From Ignavibacteriota bacterium (GTDB lineage: Bacteria; Bacteroidota; Ignavibacteria; Kapaibacteriales; UBA2268), in NCBI GenBank assembly GCA_024636855.1, contig JAGXGG010000075.1, forward strand, positions 23,360-87,359: a DNA stretch of 64,000 bases. Reading direction: 5' to 3'. The notes beneath the pieces were generated by a model. It searched no databases, was not told where the DNA came from, and saw nothing but the letters and a program-made list of their open reading frames with translations. Positions 11,028 through 20,800 of this stretch are shown here, in pieces. Made by a program: the position numbers and the translations under genes. How positions within the stretch are numbered: the stretch's first letter is position 1; every line of letters starts with the position of its first letter.

Positions 11028-11659
11028 ATCAAATTCATCGCAATCATATTACTAGCTTTTGCTATCCCTTTTAGTGGGTATTCTTCAATGGGTCCTGGCC
11101 CTGCACATCCTATCTGCATTGGCTTAAGTGGAGGTGTTAACTACTCAAATATAAGGAATGATATTTTTTCTTCGGAAAGCAATCCTTCTGAACAATTTTC
11201 ATTATATTTCGAACATCGCTTAGGTAATATTAAGGCGAAGTCAAGATTGGGATCGGTTGCTTTTGGGATAGGTTTTAATAATAGAACAATGAACTTAACG
11301 GATTCAAATAATATAGAATATAAATCAAGTCTAAATTACATAACAATCCCAGCAATGTATCAATTCCCGTTTTTTGGTTTAGATAAAGAAAACAAGTTTA
11401 GTGCCTATTTTTTTTTGGTTTTTCATTAAATCTTTACGTTTCTCAATCTAATAATCGAGTTGTAAAGAATCCTCATTGGCTATATGTTGGAGTTTTAATT
11501 GGACCTAAAATTGAATATGAAATAACTTCTAATCTGTCAATATTTATGGATTATAATTATGAGTTTGGAATAACAGATATTCAGGATATAGATAAAATAA
11601 GTAGGAGTACAATGCACTTAATCAACATAGGTTTCAAAGTACCTACAACCATATTTTAA
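11028..11659 (+). pseudogene. Outer-membrane beta-barrel cassette 5, frameshifted at a T9 tract
   Basis: ORF stops at 11429. The -1 frame continues GFSLNLYV...GPKIEY...IGFKVPTTIF* to 11659. One extra T at 11408-11416 restores a 210-aa protein. Confidence 0.8.
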
Positions 11660-11665
11660 AGAAAA

Positions 11666-11840
11666 TTATACCGCTCCTCTGGAGCTTATTTGTCTTTTTT
11701 CAATTCGAATGCTACAGATATTAAGCCCCTCTGGGGCTGTAATGGATTATTGAATTATACTAAACTAACCACGTAGTGGCTAAATATCTGTAGTAAAAAG
11801 TCAACCCACAATACCAATCAGCCCCGTAGGGGTTGAATAT
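11666..11840. repeat. REP cluster, family A (GCTACAGATAT-n-GCCnCTnCGGGGC)
   Basis: gctcctctggagc, gctacagatattaagcccctctggggc, ccacgtagtggctaaatatctgtag, gccccgtagggg. Confidence 0.85.
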
Positions 11841-12010
11841 AAAGTATTGTAACATTAGATATTTAATAGTCTTGAAAAAGGTTCTCTTTTTATATATATT
11901 ACATTTTGGGAATCACTTTGGATTTATAATATCAAACTCATCACAATCATATTACTAGCTTTTGCTATTTCTTTTAGTGGATATGGGCAGGGGTAAGATA
12001 AACCATTTGA

Positions 12011-13432
12011 TTATTTAGAATTTGCGAGCTTTTTAATTAGTCCATTGAATATAAATCCGTGGAATGGGAATACCGAAAACCAATATAGCCTACCAGCTAG
12101 TCCTAAGGGTCTGAAAGTAGCCGTTTGTATTATATATCCATCTTCTACTTTGAATTCTAACCATGCATCCCCAGGTAATTTCATCTCAGCAAAAAGTAAT
12201 AACCGACCTTCTTCTTTATCAGCATATAGCACTCGCCAAAAATCCAAAGCATCGCCTGTTGATATTGTTAACTTATTTGTTCGACCTCTCCTGAGTCCTA
12301 CTCCACCAACGAATTTGTCTAATATACCACGAATTTTCCATAGCCAATTACCATAGTACCAACCGGTTTCACCACCAATTTTCCATATATTATTTATACA
12401 GGTATCTCTGTCTGCAATTTTTCTAGTTCGTTTATCTTTGAATGAGCCAAATTCAGGTACTTTTACAAATTCACTTATGTTGAAATTGATACCACTGCTA
12501 GAGTATGAATCTTTCCAACTTGAATAGATATTATTGTCTTCAATTCTTTTAAATGCCTTACCGATAGCTTCTTTGAATGAGATGGGCTCTACACCTAATA
12601 TTCTATTTATATCATGGTTACGGCATATTACTTCTACTTTCATGCTATTGACTAATGAACGAGCTAGTCGATATGAAGTAGACGTAACAAAATACAACCA
12701 ATAAGATGACAATTTCGGTGTCATTAGCGGTACTGTAAATATTTTCCGTTTCAAGTTCCTTGCTTCGGCAAATTGGAGTAGCATTTCTTTGTAAGTCAGA
12801 ATATCATAGCACCCAATATCAAAATTCTTATCATAAGTTTCTTCTTTCAAAATTGATTTCGTAAGAAATGTTAGTACATCAGATATACCTATTGGTTGAC
12901 ATCTAGTTGAAAGCCATTTCGGTGCTATCATAACGGGTAATTTTTCTACTAGATCTCTTATTATCTCAAATGAAGCGCTACCAGAACCCACTATAATACC
13001 TGCTCTCAGGCATGTAAAGTGATATGTTCCTTTGCCTAGTTCTTCTTCTACTTTTTTTCTAGATTCTAAATGTTTGGAGAGTTTGGACTCATTGATAATA
13101 CCGCTTAGGTATATCACCTGCTGAGCATTAGTATTAGAAATTCTCTTTCTGAAATTAATTGCAGATTGCTGTTCTAATTCTGTGTAATCATCAGACGAGG
13201 ACATAGAATGAACCAAATAATATGCTACATCTATGTCATCAGGTATATTTGACAAACTATCTTCTTTGAGTAAATCAATTTCTACTATCGAGATATTGGG
13301 AGCTAAAGAATTAGCATAGTTGAACCTTGTTTTGTCTCTGACACAGCAAACAACGTGATGCCCTTCCTCAACGAGTAGTGGTAACAATCTTTTACCTATA
13401 TAACCTGTAGCACCAGTAAGAAGAATTTTCAT
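12011..13432 (-). CDS. SDR/NAD(P)-binding oxidoreductase with DUF2867 domain (YbjT-like)
   Basis: LTGATGYIG, LRAGIIVGSGSASFE, GDALDFWRV and AEMKLPGDAWLEF motifs. Confidence 0.92.
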   Translation of the reverse strand: MKILLTGATGYIGKRLLPLLVEEGHHVVCCVRDKTRFNYANSLAPNISIVEIDLLKEDSLSNIPDDIDVAYYLVHSMSSSDDYTELEQQSAINFRKRISNTNAQQVIYLSGIINESKLSKHLESRKKVEEELGKGTYHFTCLRAGIIVGSGSASFEIIRDLVEKLPVMIAPKWLSTRCQPIGISDVLTFLTKSILKEETYDKNFDIGCYDILTYKEMLLQFAEARNLKRKIFTVPLMTPKLSSYWLYFVTSTSYRLARSLVNSMKVEVICRNHDINRILGVEPISFKEAIGKAFKRIEDNNIYSSWKDSYSSSGINFNISEFVKVPEFGSFKDKRTRKIADRDTCINNIWKIGGETGWYYGNWLWKIRGILDKFVGGVGLRRGRTNKLTISTGDALDFWRVLYADKEEGRLLLFAEMKLPGDAWLEFKVEDGYIIQTATFRPLGLAGRLYWFSVFPFHGFIFNGLIKKLANSK

Positions 13433-13482
13433 ATTACCTATTACGTATCATGGTACTATTTAATATATTTTATAATCTTATG

Positions 13483-13722
13483 GTTACAGATATTAAGCCA
13501 ATTCGTGGCTTATATGGAATTAATCCGCCTTCTAACTCCGCTCAGGCATCATAATTCTGACCTAGCGGGGCAGTGTTTGTTTTGTAGCATCCCATTTCAA
13601 CAGATATTATGCTCCGATGGTGCCGCAATTCTGTATTGAATTATCCTAAATTAGCCACGTAGTGGTGATATATCTGTAGCTAAATGAATAGATAAAAATC
13701 AATTGCCCCGTAGGGGTAATAT
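13483..13722. repeat. REP cluster, family A, upstream of the transposase
   Basis: ttacagatattaagcc, caacagatattatgctcc, agccacgtagtggtgatatatctgtagc, gccccgtagggg. Confidence 0.85.
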
Positions 13723-13762
13723 ATTTATTTCCAGAATAATTGATTTTTTATTAATTTTATAA

Positions 13763-14212
13763 ATGCCTAATACATATCATCAAATATATTTGCACATTGT
13801 TTTCTCTACTCTAAATAGGGAAAGGACTATTCGTGACCCATTGAAAACAGAACTTTTGAAATACATTAATAAAATTATTCAAAACAATGAATCAAAACCA
13901 ATTTGTTTGAATGCTCACATTGATCATGTACATTTATTAATTGGGATGAACCCATCAATAAAGATTAGTGATTTAATTCGTGATATCAAATCAAGTAGTT
14001 CAAAGTGGATAAATGAAAACCGAAAACTAAACGACAAGTTTAGTTGGCAATCTGGCTACGGTTGTTTCTCTGTGTCGAAATCAAGTTTACAGTCGGTTAT
14101 CAGATATATAGATAACCAAGAGGAACACCATAAAGTAAAATCCTTCAAAGATGAATATCTTGAGTTATTAAAGAAACACGGTGTTGAATTTAATATCGAT
14201 TATGTCTTTTAG
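13763..14212 (+). mobile_element. tnpA: IS200/IS605-family Y1 (HUH) transposase, REP-associated (RAYT-like)
   Basis: YLHIVFST, DHVHLL (HUH), FSWQSGYGCFSVS and YIDNQEEHH motifs; REP palindromes on both sides; no tnpB. Confidence 0.93.
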
Positions 14213-14475
14213 TATTCCACCCCTACGGGGCGGATTGGGTTGTTAGCTAGTCAATGGGGCTACAGGTATTGAGCCACTACGTGGCTAATAAAGTATCACA
14301 AACAAAATTGAATTCAAAAACCGTTTTCCAAATATCAATCGTAAATGCCCCAGAGGGGCAGTATATCTGTAGCAACCAAGTTTGAAAAAGTTAGAAAAAG
14401 CCACGTAGTGGCGATATATCTGTAGCCAATGTGGCTACCACCCACACACCACCAGCCCCGTAGGGGCGGTATACC
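14213..14475. repeat. REP cluster, family A, downstream of the transposase
   Basis: cccctacggggc, gctacaggtattgagccactacgtggct, gccccagaggggcagtatatctgtagc, gccacgtagtggcgatatatctgtagc, gccccgtaggggc. Confidence 0.88.
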
Positions 14476-14502
14476 TTTAAGTTATTAATTTTCTTTCAAT
14501 CA

Positions 14503-14543
14503 AAAAAAATCCTCATTTCTTCAAGAAACAGGGATTGTAATTA
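14503..14543 (-). repeat. 41-bp direct repeat containing a terminator, copy of 17765-17805
   Basis: aaaaaaatccYcatttcttcaagaaacagggattgtaatta, 1 mismatch between copies. Confidence 0.9.
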
Positions 14544-14555
14544 CATTATTCATTC

Positions 14556-15320
14556 TTAATCTTTTATTTTGATTTCGATTCTTTCATTTTCTAATTCGAT
14601 ATTGAAATAAACAAAACCATATTCCAGATTAAAATAATATGTTGCCTTGTTGATATTCCTTGATCCATTCAATTCTTGACATTCACATTTTATTACCCAA
14701 ACATCCAGCATTCCCTTATTCGACTTATAATCCGATTCTCCCTTAACCATATATGTACAATCCGCTAATTCAGTCTTGTCAATTTCAAGCTCTTTAGTCT
14801 CAGACACATAAGAAGGTTCGTCTGATTTATTGACGTTTGACTTTACTACAGTTTGTTTTACAGTTGTTTTTTTGGGTCTAGCTAAAATTTTAGTATTGAT
14901 TGTTGAATTGAATAATGGCAATACAACTTTAGGTTCTAATATTTTTTTATTCAAATCAATAATGTTAACTAAAGGCGGTAAACTTAATTCAAATGCTTTA
15001 AAATTACTAAAGTCAACATTTTGATTTTCTTTAACAGGAAAAGCAGAGCTCAAATCTATAATAGGGTCAAAATTTAATGTTTGGATTATCATATTCTGAT
15101 TAGAACCAGGCATACCAGAATAATTAAGAGTCCAGGTCCAAGTTTGATCAGAATTTGTTTCATCCTTATTACTTTTTAAATTCAAATCATACCTTAGAGT
15201 ATCATTTTCTCGGACATGAGTTACCTCATAATTAAAAGTAGCTTGGCTTTCGTACACATCTGACGAATATGCTATGTTAAAAGCAATAATAAAAAGAAAT
15301 GAATAAATTAGAGGTCTCAT
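14556..15320 (-). CDS. Secreted hypothetical protein
   Basis: Signal peptide; C-terminal YYFNLEYGFV motif. Confidence 0.8.
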   Translation of the reverse strand: MRPLIYSFLFIIAFNIAYSSDVYESQATFNYEVTHVRENDTLRYDLNLKSNKDETNSDQTWTWTLNYSGMPGSNQNMIIQTLNFDPIIDLSSAFPVKENQNVDFSNFKAFELSLPPLVNIIDLNKKILEPKVVLPLFNSTINTKILARPKKTTVKQTVVKSNVNKSDEPSYVSETKELEIDKTELADCTYMVKGESDYKSNKGMLDVWVIKCECQELNGSRNINKATYYFNLEYGFVYFNIELENERIEIKIKD

Positions 15321-15447
15321 AACTGTACCAATGTTAAATAATTTATAGAGAAACAGGTGTCAATGTGAATTTACAGAATTCTAATAATATTTACAAAAAG
15401 GATCCATCACCCAAGCATTATTTTAATTGCAAGTTGTTTATTTACTT

Positions 15448-15990
15448 TTATCCTTTGTAGTTAAATAAGAATTTTAATATTTCTGTTTTAGCTTCTGTAA
15501 TTGGTTTCAATATTGTTGTGTTGTACATTGCTTTGTCAGTTAAATTTAAACCATTATTAAATATATTTTCATAAAGTTTACCCTGTAACTCATCAAATTT
15601 ACTTAGGATATTACTATAAAGGCTATTATCTACCGCCAATAAAGTATCAACAAATTTCCTTCTAATCATAATAAATAATTCATCTGTTTCTTCAATTAAA
15701 TTTTCTTTTTCATTTTGACTTACAACTGAATTAGTTAATATATTCAAATTAAGTTCAAGTTGATCAATAAAGTCATAAAGAAATTTCAAATTTTGATCTA
15801 AAATAAGAGTCTTAAGCAATTTCATTTTTCTTTCTTGCTCTTTAGATACGTCAGAATTCTGTTGATTTAAACTAAATATATAATAAGTTATTACTATATT
15901 AAATAGAGCGATAACTATTGCTGCAACTTTAAAAATTATATCAAGTATATCTGTTTGATTTGATAGACTTTGTGAACAATGTAATATCAT
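15448..15990 (-). CDS. Single-pass membrane protein, third gene of the HATPase/STAS module
   Basis: N-terminal TM segment; start overlaps the stop of the upstream gene. Confidence 0.8.
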   Translation of the reverse strand: MILHCSQSLSNQTDILDIIFKVAAIVIALFNIVITYYIFSLNQQNSDVSKEQERKMKLLKTLILDQNLKFLYDFIDQLELNLNILTNSVVSQNEKENLIEETDELFIMIRRKFVDTLLAVDNSLYSNILSKFDELQGKLYENIFNNGLNLTDKAMYNTTILKPITEAKTEILKFLFNYKG

Positions 15991-16325
15991 CCTAATGCCG
16001 TCCCTTGTCTTAATATCCTTTCAATTGCTTCATTTAATGGTTTCTCATATTTATAAGAACCTTGAGATTCAAATTCAAATTTTGATAAAAATTTTTCTCT
16101 ACCCAAAGAAAGAACAACTTCAAGAAATAATTCTTCAAAAAATGAGGGAATAATTGAGTAAACATTATCGGGTATAATAATTTTAACTTTATCATACTTT
16201 TTCTCTATTTCATTAATTTGTGACTCCTCTCTTGCTCTTTTTCCTCTATCACGACCAGTATAAACTTTAGCCCCCTTTGCTCTATAATCTTCTAGATTAA
16301 TTATATTATCTTTACTTAATTTCAT
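15987..16325 (-). CDS. STAS-like (DUF4325-type) protein
   Basis: YTGRDRGKRAR...IIIPDNVYSIIPSFFEELF, matching the SFxxExF motif. Confidence 0.75.
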   Translation of the reverse strand: MKLSKDNIINLEDYRAKGAKVYTGRDRGKRAREESQINEIEKKYDKVKIIIPDNVYSIIPSFFEELFLEVVLSLGREKFLSKFEFESQGSYKYEKPLNEAIERILRQGTALG

Positions 16326-17778
16326 TTGTTAAATCATCCTCATTAAACAATATTTTTGCACTAATAACGGTTCCTGGGAAATAATTATCTTCAAATTTAA
16401 CATAATTTGAATCTGGTTTTTCTTCTATTTCACCTGAATTATTAAAAGTCATATACTTATATGTGTCCCCTAATTCATCAGTCTTTTCTTTAATTGCATA
16501 TTTGCCATCAAAAACTATACTTGTTTTCCCTGACAGTATTGCCATTTTAGAAAAATCATCTTCATGATTATTATACCCTTTAATATTAAAGAAGCTTTCA
16601 ATAAAGCGAATAGATCCATTTCCTCTTTTTTTATACTCTGTTTCTGCTACACTTGTAACACCTTCCTGTAAAGAATATAATGTCCAAAGAGTTTCTTCTT
16701 CAAATTGTTCACGACTAAAGAACCTTCTTCTTGTATATTCTTCAGATAATTTTTTCATTTTTTGTACAATTCCTACGTTTGGGCAATCAGGCGAGTTAAA
16801 TTTTTCATATATAGTTCCTCCAAAATTTAAAATAACTAAATGAAACATACCATAATGTTCATTCGCCTTATTGATTTCATGAAAATAACCTATTGAAAAA
16901 CGATAGTCAGTAGTTGAATGTTCTTCTGCATTTATTAACATTTCGCTTATAACTACGCATAAATCATCTAGTTTTTCAACGGTTAATCTCTTTCCCATTC
17001 GTTTAAGACATGACAAAACATAATCTACTAGCTTTGTTGTATCTATGTCCTTTTGTTCTGAAATGACAACTGAATCTCCTTGTTTAGCTCGATTATGAAC
17101 ACACAATGGGTATGGAATTATATCTTTAAAATCTCTTCTATCATCTGTGTGAATCGCAGGGGACCCTACTGAAAATAATAATTTGTTAACATTACTATTA
17201 TCTATGTTAATTGCACTAATTCTTTTAATTCTAGTATTCATTTCTAATGAACTAGAACAAGCTTTATAAAATGTTAACATATCTTTTAGAATTATATCAA
17301 GAAGTACTTGAGCTTCTAAGTCAACTTTTTCACATTCTGAATAATCAATCTCAACTAAACTAGAGTTTTGATTAACTAAAACCCCCAACAAATTTGTTAT
17401 GAAGGTGTAACTTTCATTACTCTTCTCAATCAAAGAAAAATGTTTTGGCACTTGTATTTTTTGATTTCTATGACTTACTCCTTTAGTTATTTTGTCTAAA
17501 TTGAAATTAGATTTTTCATTTGATAATAGGAATTTAGTGTTAATCGGCATAAATCTATTGATTAGCTCTTGTATCGTATATTTATCAATATACGACTCTT
17601 TTGACTTCAAAAATTGTAAATATTCTCTAACTCTCCTTGCTTTTCTTTTTCTTTTACTTTTTAAACGTCTTTGAAATCGTTTTTCAGCAATTGTTTTTTT
17701 TATTTCAATTTTTTTCTTCAAAAGTGACCTTACGTATACTCTATTAGCATTTTTCAAGTTTTTCAAAAAAATCCCCAT
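16312..17778 (-). CDS. STAS-like plus GHKL/HATPase protein (start uncertain)
   Basis: VEIDYSECEKVD (STAS-like), ISEMLINAEEHS (N-box), GVTS...RGNGS (G-box), FPGTVI. Confidence 0.75.
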   Translation of the reverse strand: MGIFLKNLKNANRVYVRSLLKKKIEIKKTIAEKRFQRRLKSKRKRKARRVREYLQFLKSKESYIDKYTIQELINRFMPINTKFLLSNEKSNFNLDKITKGVSHRNQKIQVPKHFSLIEKSNESYTFITNLLGVLVNQNSSLVEIDYSECEKVDLEAQVLLDIILKDMLTFYKACSSSLEMNTRIKRISAINIDNSNVNKLLFSVGSPAIHTDDRRDFKDIIPYPLCVHNRAKQGDSVVISEQKDIDTTKLVDYVLSCLKRMGKRLTVEKLDDLCVVISEMLINAEEHSTTDYRFSIGYFHEINKANEHYGMFHLVILNFGGTIYEKFNSPDCPNVGIVQKMKKLSEEYTRRRFFSREQFEEETLWTLYSLQEGVTSVAETEYKKRGNGSIRFIESFFNIKGYNNHEDDFSKMAILSGKTSIVFDGKYAIKEKTDELGDTYKYMTFNNSGEIEEKPDSNYVKFEDNYFPGTVISAKILFNEDDLTNEIK

Positions 17779-17805
17779 TTCTTCAAGAAACAGGGATTGT
17801 AATTA
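17765..17805 (-). terminator. nrdJ terminator, duplicated at 14503-14543
   Basis: aatccctgtttcttgaagaaatggggatt plus T run on the minus strand. Confidence 0.8.
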
Positions 17806-17816
17806 TTATCTATTAT

Positions 17817-20800
17817 TTATGAGCAGCCGCTTGTGGTGCCGCAATCCTCGCAGACCGTACAGCTTCCGTTTCGCTTCACCCTCGATGAGCTACAAGTGCT
17901 ACACATCTCACCAGTATAACCCAAGCTGCGGGCTTCGTCTAGCTCGGCTTGCTTTTGTGCTCTGCCAGCATCAATTGTAGTTGAAGCTTTTAGCTGTACT
18001 AACTGTGGTGCGATTATACTTTTAGCAATGTCTTTTTCATCTGGTTGCGAACCGCCTTTGTCATCTATGTCATTTGCTTTAGATTCAGGAGATTGCAACT
18101 CAGGAGTATCGCCCCCATTCGGGTTGTTCTTGTCTTCATCAACCGCAAATACATGAACTAGGTCATTTCTTTTTAGGTAGTCGTAGCCAAGTGTACGGAA
18201 TACATAGTCTAGGATAGAAGTCGAATTCTTGATTGCTTCGTGACCTTGTACCATACCTGCTGGCTCGAATCTAGTGAATGTGAATGTATCTACTAGCTCT
18301 TCTAGAGGCACACCATACTGTAATGCCTTAGATGCTAATATAGCGAAACTGTTCAACATACCACGGTATGCAGCGCCTTCTTTGTACATGTCGATAAAGA
18401 TTTCACCTAATTGACCATCTTCGTACTCACCAGTTCTTAGGAATATTTTGTGTCCGCCAACAGTTGCTTCTCTGATTGTACCTTTACGACGTTTTGGCAA
18501 TTTGTATCTTTGTGATTTTCTTACAGACTTGCCTTCGATTTGCTCGTGCATTTCTTTAGCGCCTAGAGTTTCGTCTAGTGTATGCTCGTCACCCAATAGA
18601 ACTGTTTCTTCTAGTCCATCATAGTTCGCTGAGTTCAATGGTTGTGATAGTTTAGAGCCATCACGATATAGAGCGATTGCTTTTAACATCAGTTTCCATG
18701 ACTTCATGTGAACTTCGCTTATATTGTTCACTGTAGCGCTTCCAGACATATTAACAGTCTTGGATATAGCACCAGAGATAAACGGTTGAGCAGCAGCCAT
18801 TATGCGTACGTGAGCCATATAAGCTATAGAGCGTTCGCCTTTCTTACCACATGTGTTCGCGCAATCGAAAATAGGTAGATGTTCATCTTTCAGATGCGGT
18901 GCACCCTCTATCATCATAGTACCACAAACGTAGTCATTAGCTTTTTCGATTTGCTCAGCAGTAAAGCCAAGAGCAGCTAATAGGTTCAGAGATGAGTCAG
19001 CTATTTCTTCATCAGAAAGCCCTAGCTTCATCATGAAATCTTCGCCCAATGTCCATTTGTTAAACGCAAATTTGATGTCGAATACATCGTCTAGTTGATC
19101 TTCTACAAGTTTGATTTTATCTTCAGTAAACCCTTTCTCAATCAAAGATACTTTGTTGATTTCTGGACAGCCAGCGAATGTGCCGTGACCTTTACTGTAT
19201 TTTGTTATTTCTTCAATTTCAGTTTCAGTGTAGCCTAGTTTCACTAGTGCTTTTCTTACTGATTGGTTTACTATTTTGAAGTATCCACCACCAGCTAATT
19301 TTTTGTATTTCACGATAGCGAAATCTGGCTCGATACCCGTAGTATCACAATCCATAACAAGACCAATAGTTCCAGTAGGAGCTATTACAGTTACTTGTGC
19401 ATTGCGATATCCATAGTGCTCGCCCATTTCTAAAGCATTGTCCCATACTTCACGAGCCGCTGTTAGCATATCTTGAGGGCAGAAACGAGTATCTATACCT
19501 TGAGGTCTTATAGTCAAGCCTTCGTACTCAGAAGTTTTAGCATTGTAAGCCGCTCTTTTGTGGTTACGGATTACTTTTAACATGTGCTTTTCATTTAGCT
19601 TGTATTCTGGGAATGCACCTAGCTCTTTTGCCATCTCGGCAGAAGTAGCATAAGCTTGCCCACATAGAATAGAAGTCAAAGCACCAGTCCAAGCAAGAGC
19701 TTCATTCGAATCGTAAGGAATGCCGTTTACCATTAGTAATGAACCAATGTTAGCATAGCCAAGACCTAAAGTTCTGAATTTGTAACTAAGGTCAGCAACT
19801 CTCTTAGATGGGAATTGAGCCATTAGTACAGATATTTCTAGAACTACAGTCCAGATACGAGCAGCATGCTTGTACGCTTCTATATCGAACTCACTAGTCT
19901 CTTCGTTGAAGAATTTCATTAGGTTCAAACTTGCTAGGTTACAAGCTGTATCGTCCAAGAACATATATTCTGAACATGGGTTAGATGCGTTGATACGACC
20001 AGACTCAGGGCAAGTGTGCCATTCGTTGATGGTAGTATCATATTGTAATCCTGGATCAGCCGACTTCCAAGAAGCTAAGTTAATTTTGTTCCATAGGTCA
20101 CGAGCTCTCACACGGCGAACGTGCATTTCGTCAGTACGCCATTTTAGTTCCCACTCTTCGTCAGCTTCTACAGCCTTCATAAATTCATTAGTAACACGAA
20201 CAGTGTTATTCGCATTTTGACCGCTTACAGTGTTGTATGCTGCACTCTCATAGTGTGTATCGAAAGCTTCAGTATCAACAGAAGTGAATCCTTGTTTCAC
20301 AAGATCTAATACTCTATCCATGTAATTAAGAGGAACACCACGATGAGCTCCACGTTTGATAAGCTCTTTTAAAGTTTGATTTTTTTCAATATCAGGGCTA
20401 TTAGTGATGGCTTCTTCCATTATAGCTTCTAGGAATACTTTATTAATCCTAGAACCAGTAACTAATGCAGCAACTTTCTCTTCTTCTCTAGCTTTCCACT
20501 CTATGAATTGCTCCACATCTGGGTGGTCTATATCCACAACTACCATTTTTGCTGCACGCCTTGTCGTACCACCAGATTTAATAGCTCCGGCAGCTCTATC
20601 AAATATCTTCAAGAAGCTCATCATTCCAGAAGATACCCCCCCTCCAGATAATGGTTCTTCGCTACTACGTATGCGAGAGAAGTTAGACCCAGTACCACTA
20701 CCGAATTTGAATATACGTGCTTCTCGCGTAATCAAATCGAAGATACCACCTTCGTTAAGCATATCGTCACTAACAGATTGGATAAAACATGCATGAGGTT

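Larger units (their letters stand above)
8274..11996 (+). repeat. Array of six 60-bp signal-peptide-coding repeats (8335, 9022, 9682, 10355, 11028, 11931); copies 1 and 6 share a further ~60 bp of upstream sequence
   Basis: Consensus atcaaactMatcacaatcatattRctagcttttgctatYccWtttagtgggtatgggca = IKLITIILLAFAIPFSGYGQ. Confidence 0.95.

Noticed and set aside
8335-11990. CRISPR array or integron attC interpretation of the 60-bp repeats
   Set aside because: Spacers are ~600 bp and coding; the repeats are non-palindromic, vary at codon third positions and lack attC RYYYAAC/GTTRRRY ends; no cas or intI gene in the window.
13763-14212. IS605/TnpB RNA-guided element
   Set aside because: No tnpB or iscB ORF is adjacent; the flanks are multi-copy REP palindromes.
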